Positions 9,316 through 18,125 of a stretch of DNA of 21,661 nucleotides are shown here, piece by piece (the first letter of the stretch is position 1; each line of letters begins with the position of its first letter). The notes under the pieces were generated by a model. That model had not been told where the DNA came from, did no database searches, and worked only from the letters and a program-made list of their open reading frames with translations. The stretch is from positions 49,096 through 70,756 of the forward strand of contig CBFHKU010000005.1 of assembly GCA_965656495.1 (NCBI GenBank), written 5' to 3'. Position numbers and translations under genes: made by a program. This DNA comes from Coraliomargaritaceae bacterium (GTDB taxonomy: Bacteria > Verrucomicrobiota > Verrucomicrobiia > Opitutales > Coraliomargaritaceae).

Positions 9316-11238
9316 TCAGGACAAAGTAGAATCCCCGATGGATTCGGGTTCGAGGCCGGGGGTTTTGAGGGCGCGTTGGAGGACTTGCTGGAAGAGTTGC
9401 TCGGGGTTGAGGCCGTGGCGGGCGCGGAGGGCCTGCACGTTGCTGCCGTGCTCGATGAATTCGTCGGGCCAGCCGAGACGGAGGAGGGGACAGTTGGATT
9501 TTGCTTCGTCGAGGGCTTCGAGGACGGCGCTGCCGAATCCGCCCTGAATGACGTGATCTTCGAGGGTGACGATGAGTTTGCTGGATTGTGCGGCTTCGAG
9601 GAGGGCGTCGGTATCGAGCGGTTTTGCGAAGCGGGCATTGACGACGCCAGCGGTGATGCCGTGTTCGCTGAGCTTGGCAGCGATTTGTTGGGCTTCTTCG
9701 AGCATGATGCCGTATGCCCAGAGGTCGACTTGACCGGCGGGTTGAAGGCGTTGTGCTTTGCCGAGCGGCAGGGTCTTGGCTTGTTCTTTGACGGGGGTTC
9801 CGGTGGCGTTGCCGCGCGGGTAGCGAATGAAGGCGGGGCCTTGATAAGCGAGTCCGGTGGCCATCATGTCGGCGAGTTCGTCTTCGTTGGCGGGAGCCAT
9901 GAGGACGCAGTGCGGGACGGAACGGAGGTAGGCGATGTCAAAGAGGCCGTGGTGGGTGGCGCCGTCGTTGGGCGAGAGTCCGGCACGGTCCATGCAAAAG
10001 AGGACGGGGAGTTTTTGAAGGGCGACGTCGTGAATGATGGGGTCGATGGCGCGTTGCAGGAAGGTGGAGTAAATCGCGCAGACCGGATGAAAACCGGAGG
10101 TGGCCATGCCGGCGGCGAAGAGAACCGCGTGTTCCTCGGCGATGCCGACGTCGAAGCATTGGTCGGGCAGTTCTTTTTCTAGGATGTTGAGTCCGGTTCC
10201 GGAGGGCATTGCGGCGGTGATGCCGATGATGTTTTTATCCTTACGGGCAAAGTCGGTGAGGGTTTTGCCCATGACGTCCTGGTATTTGGGCGGGGTTCCG
10301 GGGGCGGCGGGTTTGCCTTTTCCGGTCTCGATATCGAAGGGGCTGGCACCATGGAAGCGTTCGGGGTTTTCGAGGGCGACGTCGTAGCCTTTGCCTTTGG
10401 TGGTGTGGAGATGGAGGAGGATAGGCTGTTCGGCGTTTTTGGCGAAGTTGAGGTAATGCTCGACCTGCTCGGGGTCGTGCCCGTCAATGGGGCCAATGTA
10501 GCGGACGCCGTATTTTTCAAAGAGGGAAGAGGAAACGAAAAAGTCCTTGGTTTCCTGTTTCCATTTGATGCCAAAGTTGATGAGGGCTTGCCCGCCGGGG
10601 ACTTTTTTGAGGAAGGCTTCGATGTCGTCGTTGAGGCGGTTGTAGATGGGGTTCGTTATGAGGTCGTTGAAATAGCGGGCGAGGGCACCGACATTTTTGG
10701 CAATCGACCATTCGTTGTCGTTGAGGATAATGATGAGCCGCTTGGTGCTGGAAGCGACGTTGTTGAGCGCCTCCATTGTGATGCCGCAGGTGAAGGCGGC
10801 GTCGCCGCAGACCGCGACCACGTGCTCGCCGGAGCCGCGCCGGTCGCGGGCGGTTGCCATCCCGAGGGCTGCGGAGAGGGCGGTGCCGGCGTGACCCGCG
10901 CCGAAGGCGTCGTGGGGGCTTTCCGTGCGGTTCATGAATCCGCTCAAGCCGTCGTCATTGCGAAGTTTGTCGAAGTCGGTGCCGTTGCGCCCGGTGAGGA
11001 GTTTGTGGACGTAGGCCTGGTGGGAGACGTCGAAGACGAAACGATCCTCGGGGGTGTTAAAAACGCGGTGCAGGGCGATGGTGAGTTCAACCACGCCGAG
11101 GTTGGGGCCCACGTGTCCGCCGTTGCGGGCGGTTGTGCGAATGATGCGCTCGCGGATTTCGCGGGCGAGGGCTTCGCGCTCCTGCAGGCTCAGGTTTTTG
11201 AGGTCTGCGGGGGAATGAATTTGTTCAAGGAGGGACAT
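9316..11238 (-). CDS. dxs: 1-deoxy-D-xylulose-5-phosphate synthase
   Basis: GGHVGPNLGVVELT, FDVSHQAYVHKLLTGR, GDAAFTCG..NDN, DVGIAEEHAV, YSTFLQRA, DRAG..DGATH. Confidence 0.98.
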   Translation of the reverse strand: MSLLEQIHSPADLKNLSLQEREALAREIRERIIRTTARNGGHVGPNLGVVELTIALHRVFNTPEDRFVFDVSHQAYVHKLLTGRNGTDFDKLRNDDGLSGFMNRTESPHDAFGAGHAGTALSAALGMATARDRRGSGEHVVAVCGDAAFTCGITMEALNNVASSTKRLIIILNDNEWSIAKNVGALARYFNDLITNPIYNRLNDDIEAFLKKVPGGQALINFGIKWKQETKDFFVSSSLFEKYGVRYIGPIDGHDPEQVEHYLNFAKNAEQPILLHLHTTKGKGYDVALENPERFHGASPFDIETGKGKPAAPGTPPKYQDVMGKTLTDFARKDKNIIGITAAMPSGTGLNILEKELPDQCFDVGIAEEHAVLFAAGMATSGFHPVCAIYSTFLQRAIDPIIHDVALQKLPVLFCMDRAGLSPNDGATHHGLFDIAYLRSVPHCVLMAPANEDELADMMATGLAYQGPAFIRYPRGNATGTPVKEQAKTLPLGKAQRLQPAGQVDLWAYGIMLEEAQQIAAKLSEHGITAGVVNARFAKPLDTDALLEAAQSSKLIVTLEDHVIQGGFGSAVLEALDEAKSNCPLLRLGWPDEFIEHGSNVQALRARHGLNPEQLFQQVLQRALKTPGLEPESIGDSTLS

Positions 11239-11242
11239 GCGA

Positions 11243-11485
11243 CTATTCGTTTTCGGCCTCGGGATCCAGCGCTTCGAGGGTGTCGGTGTCGAAGTTGAGC
11301 TTTTCGATGGTGAGTTCCGCTTGTTTGAGGTTGGCTTGGCAGGACTTCAGGAGCTTCGTGCCTTCCTCGAATTTTTCCACCAGTTCGGCGAGGGGAGTCT
11401 CGCCGTCTTCCATCGATTCAATGAGGGATTCGAGGCGCTCTAGCGCGTCCTCGAATGAAAGTTCGGTATTTTTACTTTTGGACAT
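11243..11485 (-). CDS. xseB: Exodeoxyribonuclease VII small subunit
   Basis: SFEDALERLESLIESMEDGETPLAELVEKFEEG; usual xseB-dxs linkage. Start at ATG 11485. Confidence 0.95.
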   Translation of the reverse strand: MSKSKNTELSFEDALERLESLIESMEDGETPLAELVEKFEEGTKLLKSCQANLKQAELTIEKLNFDTDTLEALDPEAENE

Positions 11486-11603
11486 ATTGCTTAGGGTATC
11501 GGCTAGAATGAGTCGTAATTGGTTGTGGGTCGAGACAAGAACGCATTCGGGTACAGGTTTGTATTGGACGAATCGCACTTGGCTTCCTATGCTTTCAAGA
11601 ATT

Positions 11604-12440
11604 ATGAGCGAAACTTGGAAAATAGCGGCTTTTTACCGGTTTACGGACTTGAATGATGTAGCGGATTGGGCGCGGCGTCTAGAGGCGGTAGGGGAGAAAT
11701 CGGGTCTGCGGGGAACGATCATCGTAGCGCCGGAGGGGATCAATTCGACTTGCGCGGGTCGTCCGGAGGCGATCGATGGGCTCATCGAATTGTTGCGATC
11801 AGACCCCCGCTTGGCGGATCTCGAGGTCAAGTATTCCGAAGCGGATTTTTGCCCCTTTCCGAAATTCAAGGTGAAACAAAAGCCGGAAATCGTGACCTTT
11901 CGGCAGGCGGGTGCGGATCCGCAGGAGGTGGTCGGCACCTATCTCGACCCGGAGGAGTGGAATGAATTAATCCGTGATCCGGCGGTTTTGACGATTGATA
12001 CGCGCAATGATTATGAGGTGAAGGTGGGTCAGTTCAAGGGAGCGCTGAACCCCAAGACCGATGATTTTGCCTCGTTTGCGGCATTTGTGGAGGAGGAATT
12101 GAAGGGTCGGGAGGATGAAAAGATTGCGATGTATTGCACGGGCGGGATTCGTTGCGAGCGTTCGACGGCGTATTTGAAGGGCAAGGGCTTCAAGAATGTG
12201 TATCACCTGAAGGGCGGTATTTTGCGTTATTTGGAGGAAATGCCGAAGGAAGAGAGCCTTTGGGAGGGCGATTGCTTCGTTTTTGACTATCGCGTGGCGG
12301 TCGATCGCGACCTGCAACCCGGGATGTGGAAGATCGACCCCGAAACGAGCGATCCGGTACCGATGTCGCCTGAGGAGCGGGAAAAAATCGCGGAGCGTCG
12401 CCGGAGCGGGGCGATTTTCAAGAAACCGTACACAATATAG
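11604..12440 (+). CDS. trhO: UPF0176/TrhO (YceA)-like rhodanese, probable tRNA U34 hydroxylase
   Basis: AAFYRF, GTIIVAPEGIN, IDTRNDYE, MYCTGGIRCE, LKGGILRY, GDCFVFDYR. Start at ATG 11604. Confidence 0.88.
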   Translation: MSETWKIAAFYRFTDLNDVADWARRLEAVGEKSGLRGTIIVAPEGINSTCAGRPEAIDGLIELLRSDPRLADLEVKYSEADFCPFPKFKVKQKPEIVTFRQAGADPQEVVGTYLDPEEWNELIRDPAVLTIDTRNDYEVKVGQFKGALNPKTDDFASFAAFVEEELKGREDEKIAMYCTGGIRCERSTAYLKGKGFKNVYHLKGGILRYLEEMPKEESLWEGDCFVFDYRVAVDRDLQPGMWKIDPETSDPVPMSPEEREKIAERRRSGAIFKKPYTI

Positions 12441-12590
12441 TTTGAGTGAGCCCGCCTCTTTCGTTGACAGCAGGGCTTAACTTTTGGTTATATTTCTACC
12501 TTGTTAGTGCATTTTGTGTGATTGATTGAAACTTTAGTCATACGCTACGCTCTAATGATGCCAGCATCGGCATTGTCCACTTAACATCCA

Positions 12591-13181
12591 ATGAAAAACA
12601 AAACCCCATCCCGTCAGGGCTTCACACTCATTGAACTGCTCACGGTCATCGCGATTATCGGCATCCTGGCTTCAATCCTGATACCATCCGTCAATACGGT
12701 TCGAAAGAACGTCAACATCGCCGCTTCCAAAGCTGCGCTATCGCAATATGTGAATGCGATCCAGTCGTTCCGCAGTGAGTATAAATTTTACCCTTTTAGT
12801 GATTTGATCACCGGCACCAGCGAAGTGCTCGACCTTAGCATCGCCACCAACAGCGAGACCTTCATCAAAACCCTCAGCGCGCGCAATCCCTCCGATAACG
12901 AATCGGTCGGCGAGGGTGGCAATCGCCGTCGCATCCGTTTCTACGAATTCTCCGAGTCGGAGTTTTTCACGGATGAGGACGGGGTCGTTCTAAACACCCA
13001 ATTGGCGGACCGCTTTAATAACAAGAAGATCTACATCGCGATTGATACTGATGGTGATGGCGAAATAGAAGTGCCGGATCCGGAGGATTCGCAGAAAAAA
13101 ATCAAGCTCCGCGCCAGCATCACGGCCTACGTTGAAGCCGATCAGGCAATCAATGCACCGGAGTATTACCTTTACGAGTAA
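12591..13181 (+). CDS. Prepilin / type II secretion pseudopilin (major pilin, GspG-like)
   Basis: Class III signal RQG|FTLIELLTVIAIIGILASILIP. Confidence 0.9.
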   Translation: MKNKTPSRQGFTLIELLTVIAIIGILASILIPSVNTVRKNVNIAASKAALSQYVNAIQSFRSEYKFYPFSDLITGTSEVLDLSIATNSETFIKTLSARNPSDNESVGEGGNRRRIRFYEFSESEFFTDEDGVVLNTQLADRFNNKKIYIAIDTDGDGEIEVPDPEDSQKKIKLRASITAYVEADQAINAPEYYLYE

Positions 13182-13209
13182 GACCGCGTCTAAACTTTAA
13201 CATTCAATA

Positions 13210-13899
13210 ATGACCCCGACTTCCAAGCCCCAGACCACTCGAAACCGTGCCGGCTTTACGCTGGTGGAGTTGCTGGTGGTGATCTCAATCATCCTGATCG
13301 CTTCTACGATTCTCTTCACCGCCGGTTCCGGCGGAAAAGGTGTTTCTCTGAGTTCCTCGCAGCGCATCGTGTCGGGCATTGTTAAAGGCGCCCGCGCGCA
13401 GGCAGTCCTCAAGGGTGCCGAGACCCGCATCATTATTTACAATGACCTTGCCGGCGACCCCGACAAATACCGCCGCTACTTCGGGATTGTTTATTGGGGC
13501 ACCGATAGTAACGGAGATACCGGCTGGCTCGCCGCGAACAAAGGGACTCTCCTGCCCGAGGGTATTTATTTTGATCCTGAAATGAGCAAGCATTACCCGA
13601 CCGGCTCCACCATGAAACTCGACTATCCCCGCATTCGGGTTGGTAGCAATACAGACGAAGACAACGGCGGCGGCGGCGAAGAATATTTCTATTATGCATT
13701 TGAAGACAACGGCGTGCTGGGCACCGAATTCGCCAATGCCTGGCTCACGCTCCGTGCGGGGGTGCTCAAACCCGACGGCGATTCCTTCCAGCTCGATTTT
13801 GATGATCCCGAAGATGAATACCTCCGCGCCGCCCTCATCCTTCGCCGGGGCGGGAGCACCACCCCGGTCAATGATCCCGAATTGGTGAAGAAAAATTAA
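13210..13899 (+). CDS. Prepilin-type protein (GspH/FimT-like)
   Basis: RAG|FTLVELLVVISII, ARAQAV helix motif, LPEGI. Confidence 0.85.
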   Translation: MTPTSKPQTTRNRAGFTLVELLVVISIILIASTILFTAGSGGKGVSLSSSQRIVSGIVKGARAQAVLKGAETRIIIYNDLAGDPDKYRRYFGIVYWGTDSNGDTGWLAANKGTLLPEGIYFDPEMSKHYPTGSTMKLDYPRIRVGSNTDEDNGGGGEEYFYYAFEDNGVLGTEFANAWLTLRAGVLKPDGDSFQLDFDDPEDEYLRAALILRRGGSTTPVNDPELVKKN

Positions 13900-13907
13900 G
13901 TGACGCC

Positions 13908-14612
13908 ATGACTTCTGTAAAACAACACTCCACCCGCTGCCTTGGTTTCAGCCTCATTGAGGTCGTCCTCGCGATCGGCATTTTTATGGTTACGGTCCTC
14001 GCCCTTGTTGGTCTCCTCGGGCCTACCCTCAAATCAGTGGATGAAGTAGAGCAAACCGATGCCATCGCCTCGGTGGTCAATAGCCTCAACGCTTTCCTCC
14101 AACAATCACCGGAAATCGCCCCAGGTGCTTCCAAATTTGATGCGATCTTTAACGCCGTTGAAAGCGATGGCCACGCCACCATCTTCGTCTTTCAAGCCTA
14201 TTTGAATGAGGACTCCACCAATACTAAGCTCAAGATCGGGTTTTGGGGAGAAGACACAGATGTCGCGACTGAAGCGCAAATTGATAAAGATTCTGATTTT
14301 AAGGAAAATAGCGCGGTGAGTGTTGCTGGGCCGATCTACCGCGTGGTGCTGACCCCGTCCTCGGTCCTGCCGGCGGTTTACCGTTCGGCGGAACGAAATC
14401 CTACAACAAAAGTTTACGAACTCACGGTCGACTCGCCGGATCCTCCTTCTGGAAGTAACCCAAATGGTTATCCAGAGGGCTACTTCGCGATGGAAGTGCG
14501 CATCTTTGCCGAGGAATACAGCGAGGACTACACCAGCAATCTCGATTCCGATCTCACCGTGCTTGCCGATGCGGAACCGATCTTCACCTATAATGCCGCC
14601 GTGGTGCGCTAG
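13908..14612 (+). CDS. Prepilin-type protein (GspI/PilV-like)
   Basis: LG|FSLIEVVLAIGIFMVTVLALVGLLGPTL. Confidence 0.85.
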   Translation: MTSVKQHSTRCLGFSLIEVVLAIGIFMVTVLALVGLLGPTLKSVDEVEQTDAIASVVNSLNAFLQQSPEIAPGASKFDAIFNAVESDGHATIFVFQAYLNEDSTNTKLKIGFWGEDTDVATEAQIDKDSDFKENSAVSVAGPIYRVVLTPSSVLPAVYRSAERNPTTKVYELTVDSPDPPSGSNPNGYPEGYFAMEVRIFAEEYSEDYTSNLDSDLTVLADAEPIFTYNAAVVR

Positions 14613-14619
14613 AACTGCC

Positions 14620-15549
14620 ATGAAGTTGAATCGATCCCGCAAGCCCCGCCGTTCCGCCTTCACCCTGATTGAGATCATGGTGGCCACCGCCGTGATGGTC
14701 ATTCTCATTGGGCTCGTCATCCAGATCACCAACGAAGTCCTGAAGGTCTGGAACCGTTCCTCCGGGAAACTCTCCTCCAATTCCGAGGCGCGCCTCGCGA
14801 TGGAACTCCTTACGCAGGATCTCGAGACCGCCGTTTTCCGCGACAACGGTATGCAGTGGCTGCGGATCGAAAAAGTCGATGATGTCGGAGATTCTTACGA
14901 TAATAAGACCGTCGCGCTGAAGCTTTTTGCGCCCGCCCTCGATCGACCTAAGTTTGAAAAAGATGATGATGGTAATAAAGTCCCCATCCCCGGCGACATC
15001 TGCGGGATTGCCTACCGCCTCGCTTTCAAGGAGGCGTATGAAGATAGTGATACCAAGATTTACGCCCTATACCGCAATATTGTTGATCCACGTACTACCT
15101 TCAATGACCTGATGGGCGATCCGGCGCAAAAAGTGCTGACCGAGGCGAACAACGATGAGTGGTCAGAAAGCACGGTAACCGACGACTCCAACTACCTCGT
15201 GACCAACATCGTCGATTTTAAGGTCATTGTGTATCACCTTGATAGCACCGCGAATCCTGCATCCGTAAAACCTTACAATGGCAATATAAGCGGTGACGTA
15301 TGGAAGGTTACCCAAAACTACATCTACGGCGGCGACAATTATACCGGTTCCACTGCAACCCCTCCGCTGCAGGTGAAGCCCCTCTACGCCGACATCCTTC
15401 TGACCATGATTACGGATGAAGGTTTGGAAATCCTGCAAAACATCGAGGCGGGTCGTTCCGGCACCGGTTACGACAATGCCGCAGACGTGGTGCGCGAGCA
15501 CGGACAAAATTTTGTCCGGCGGGTGCAGTTCTCTGGTCAGGGTCTCTAA
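14620..15549 (+). CDS. Prepilin-type protein (GspJ/PilW-like)
   Basis: RRSA|FTLIEIMVATAV, EARLAMELLTQDL. Start at ATG 14620. Confidence 0.87.
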   Translation: MKLNRSRKPRRSAFTLIEIMVATAVMVILIGLVIQITNEVLKVWNRSSGKLSSNSEARLAMELLTQDLETAVFRDNGMQWLRIEKVDDVGDSYDNKTVALKLFAPALDRPKFEKDDDGNKVPIPGDICGIAYRLAFKEAYEDSDTKIYALYRNIVDPRTTFNDLMGDPAQKVLTEANNDEWSESTVTDDSNYLVTNIVDFKVIVYHLDSTANPASVKPYNGNISGDVWKVTQNYIYGGDNYTGSTATPPLQVKPLYADILLTMITDEGLEILQNIEAGRSGTGYDNAADVVREHGQNFVRRVQFSGQGL

Positions 15550-15570
15550 AAATGATACCGCTCAGGCCAG

Positions 15571-15854
15571 CGGCTTGTACTTCTCGCGGTGCTCCCGTAG
15601 AAGCGACACTCTTGTCGCTTAAGTGATACGGCACGTGTCTAGCTCGGAGTCAAAGCGACAGGATTGTCGCTTCCACGATAGAATGACCGGCTTATACTTC
15701 TCGCGGTGTTCTCGTAGAAGCGTCACCCTTGTCGCTTAAGTGATACGGTACGGATCTAGCTCGGAGTCAAAGCGACAGGATTGTCGCTTCCACGATAGAA
15801 TGGCCGGCTTATACTTCTCGCGGTGTTCTCGTAGAAGCGACAATCCTGTCGCTT
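15571..15854. repeat. REP/BIME-like tandem array, ~2.4 units of 117 bp with five 24-bp palindromic elements
   Basis: Units start at 15571, 15688 and 15805. GT(A/G)G-AAGCGACA-N4-TGTCGCTT occurs at 15597(+), 15653(-), 15714(+), 15770(-) and 15831(+). Confidence 0.92.
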
Positions 15855-15889
15855 TTCAAGCATGGGCTGATTTTGGCTTATACAAAAAA

Positions 15890-18034
15890 TCAGTTAGCCC
15901 CGGCGTTTCCTTGGGCTTTTTCCATGGCGCGGGCGGCGTCCTCCGGGCGGTTCAATTGACCGTAGGCGAGTGAGAGGTTATACCAGGCGCGGTAGAAATC
16001 GGGTGCATTGGCGACGGTTTCCTCGAGGTAACCGACTGCCATATCCAGTTTGCCGCTTTCCGCCGCCAGGAGACCGAGGGAGTAGGGGAACTGCGGGTTG
16101 TCGGGGTCTTTCTTCCATCCGGTTTTGAGGAATTGCTCCGCACTGAGCGGATCACCGGCGGTGCTCAGAATAATAGCAGCCTGATGATACACCGTGCCGT
16201 TGGCCTGATCCATGTTCACGGCGCGTGCCAGGTATTTCTTGGTGGCGGCTTTGTCTTGTTCGCGCGCCGCTTCGTATGCCTGAATCATAAGGCTTTGCGG
16301 GCGGTCGGAATTGAAGTCGAGATAAGCCTGCCATTGTGCTTTCGCGTCGCCTTCCGGAACGGGTTTGTTGTTCGTGTTGAAAGTGCGGGCGGCGCTGATG
16401 CGGACGTTGAGAAGGGGGTCGCTGAGGCCTTCAAGGAGGCGAATGGTTTCATTGGGCAGACTGCCGAGGGCGCTGACGGCGCGTTCGCGCACAAGAGGGC
16501 TTTCGTGTTTGATGAGTTGGCGCAGGCGCGCTTCCACGCGTTGTTCGGGCAGGTAATTGGCGAGGAGTCCGGTGTAGGTAGCAGTCCAAGCCGGAACGTC
16601 CTCGCTGTCCAATAATTCAAAAAGGGCTTCGAGGGCGCTGGGTTCAAAGCGGTGCGCGGCATGAATGGCACGCGCCCGGGCGCGCTGGCGGTGGTTCGTC
16701 AGTTTTTCGCCATACCATTGTTCGGACCATTCGATTGCCCAGTCCACGCTTTCCTCTTCGTGACAGCCATTGCAGCTGTTGGGGATTCCCAACTCTTGGG
16801 TGAGGAGGGGATCGGGATGCAGGAAGCCGTGATCGGCACGCGGGTCGACTTGCATGTAGGTGCGCTTGGGCATGTGGCATTCCACGCAGCGGTTGCCGGT
16901 GCTGTCGGCAGGGTGGAAACTGTGCTCGGTCGGCACTATGATGGGGGCGTTGTCGAGGCCGGTCTCGTGGCAACGCATGCAGAGGAGGTTGTTTTCCGCG
17001 GGGAGGATGAGGGCGTTGCTGTGCGGGTTGTGGCAGTCGAGGCAAGTCACACCGGCGTGCCCCATGCGGCTCATGCTGAAGGAACCGTGCACAAAGACTT
17101 CATCGCGGATTTGACCGTCCGCAAAATAAAGACCGGGCTGGTCGGGGAGGGAGAGCCCGAAGTGATCCTCGTAGCGATCCCCGATTTTAAAGGCGTCGGC
17201 GGTCAACTGGTCACGGCGGGAGTGGCAGGTCGCGCAGTTGTCCATGATTTGTTGCGAATCAAGCGGTGTGGGAGGAATGACGTCCGCATCTTCCACGCCC
17301 CTGCGCGCGCTTTGCAAGTGCGCTTCCAGTCCATCGTGGCATTCCGCGCAGGCGATTCCCTGTTGCGTCCAAGTGCTGGCGTAGGCATTCGCCTCAAAGT
17401 TGAAATTTTTATTATACTCAGTGGTGTGGCAATAGGCACAATTGGCATTCCAGTTCATGCCCTGTCCGGTCCAGTGACCCCATTCACCGGGGAGGCGATC
17501 CTCACCCTCGAAGACATCAACCCAGCGATCCTCGAGGACATCGTAGGTCGCGCTGATGGTTTGGAGGCGACCGCCGGGCAGGGGGGCGAGGTATTGGCGC
17601 AGGGGGGTGTAGCCAATCACCCCCTTCAATTCATAGACCCGCTCGAGGTCTTGGGCGGCATCGAGCACGCGGAGTTCGAAGCGTTCATTCTCGTAGGCCA
17701 ATTCGTAGGTAACCCCTGATTCAACGACCCGCCGTGCGGGGGTGAAGGCGGCTTTGTCCAACGCCACCGAGACCGGGCGGTTCGCCTTGGCGTGGTGACT
17801 CATCTGCCAGTCTGCAAAAATTTCGGCATGGCATTCCGCGCAGGCTTGCGGGCCTTGAGCCAGAACGCGCGCCGGGTTGTGCGAAAAGGCAAAGCCCTCG
17901 CTTAGGGCGGGGCGCTCAGGCGTCTCGCTTTGCGAAGTCGAATCCACCGCATCGCCGCAACCGCTCAGCAAAAAAGCCAGCTTTAGACTAACCAAGCAAA
18001 TGGATGCAGAATTTTTCGCAGATTGTGCGCACAT
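15890..18034 (-). CDS. Octaheme c-type cytochrome lipoprotein with HEAT-like and TPR repeats
   Basis: Lipobox LSG|C; eight CxxCH (CAECH, CAYCH, CAECH, CATCH, CLDCH, CMRCH, CVECH, CNGCH); PLVRERAVSALG HEAT-like; AWYNLSLAYGQL TPR. Confidence 0.9.
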   Translation of the reverse strand: MCAQSAKNSASICLVSLKLAFLLSGCGDAVDSTSQSETPERPALSEGFAFSHNPARVLAQGPQACAECHAEIFADWQMSHHAKANRPVSVALDKAAFTPARRVVESGVTYELAYENERFELRVLDAAQDLERVYELKGVIGYTPLRQYLAPLPGGRLQTISATYDVLEDRWVDVFEGEDRLPGEWGHWTGQGMNWNANCAYCHTTEYNKNFNFEANAYASTWTQQGIACAECHDGLEAHLQSARRGVEDADVIPPTPLDSQQIMDNCATCHSRRDQLTADAFKIGDRYEDHFGLSLPDQPGLYFADGQIRDEVFVHGSFSMSRMGHAGVTCLDCHNPHSNALILPAENNLLCMRCHETGLDNAPIIVPTEHSFHPADSTGNRCVECHMPKRTYMQVDPRADHGFLHPDPLLTQELGIPNSCNGCHEEESVDWAIEWSEQWYGEKLTNHRQRARARAIHAAHRFEPSALEALFELLDSEDVPAWTATYTGLLANYLPEQRVEARLRQLIKHESPLVRERAVSALGSLPNETIRLLEGLSDPLLNVRISAARTFNTNNKPVPEGDAKAQWQAYLDFNSDRPQSLMIQAYEAAREQDKAATKKYLARAVNMDQANGTVYHQAAIILSTAGDPLSAEQFLKTGWKKDPDNPQFPYSLGLLAAESGKLDMAVGYLEETVANAPDFYRAWYNLSLAYGQLNRPEDAARAMEKAQGNAGAN

Positions 18035-18125
18035 GCTTCAAAAGGAGTCGTTTTTAATCCCTGCGTCAACCTTCTTGCGCGATAGCGTTCTTGCTTCGGC
18101 CTGTAAAAAGGAACACTATCCATTC

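Noticed and set aside
9244..11298. 312-aa and 315-aa plus-strand ORFs
   Set aside because: Antisense shadows of dxs.
11280..11603. Long N-terminal extensions in the ORF track (trhO; also lolD, Gfo/Idh/MocA, J-like pilin, PLD)
   Set aside because: They overlap neighbouring genes, and family similarity starts at downstream ATGs.
12464..12494. Sigma70 promoter for the pilin operon
   Set aside because: TTGACA is perfect but the best -10 (TATATT) is 19 nt away; plausible but unsupported.
15571..15854. CRISPR array
   Set aside because: Repeats alternate in orientation, the spacers are themselves repeated, and no cas genes are present.
15416..15973. Short ORFs sharing GLYFSRCSRRSD
   Set aside because: Translations of the 117-bp repeat, whose period is a multiple of 3.
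16652..17719. 355-aa plus-strand ORF
   Set aside because: Antisense shadow of the cytochrome gene.
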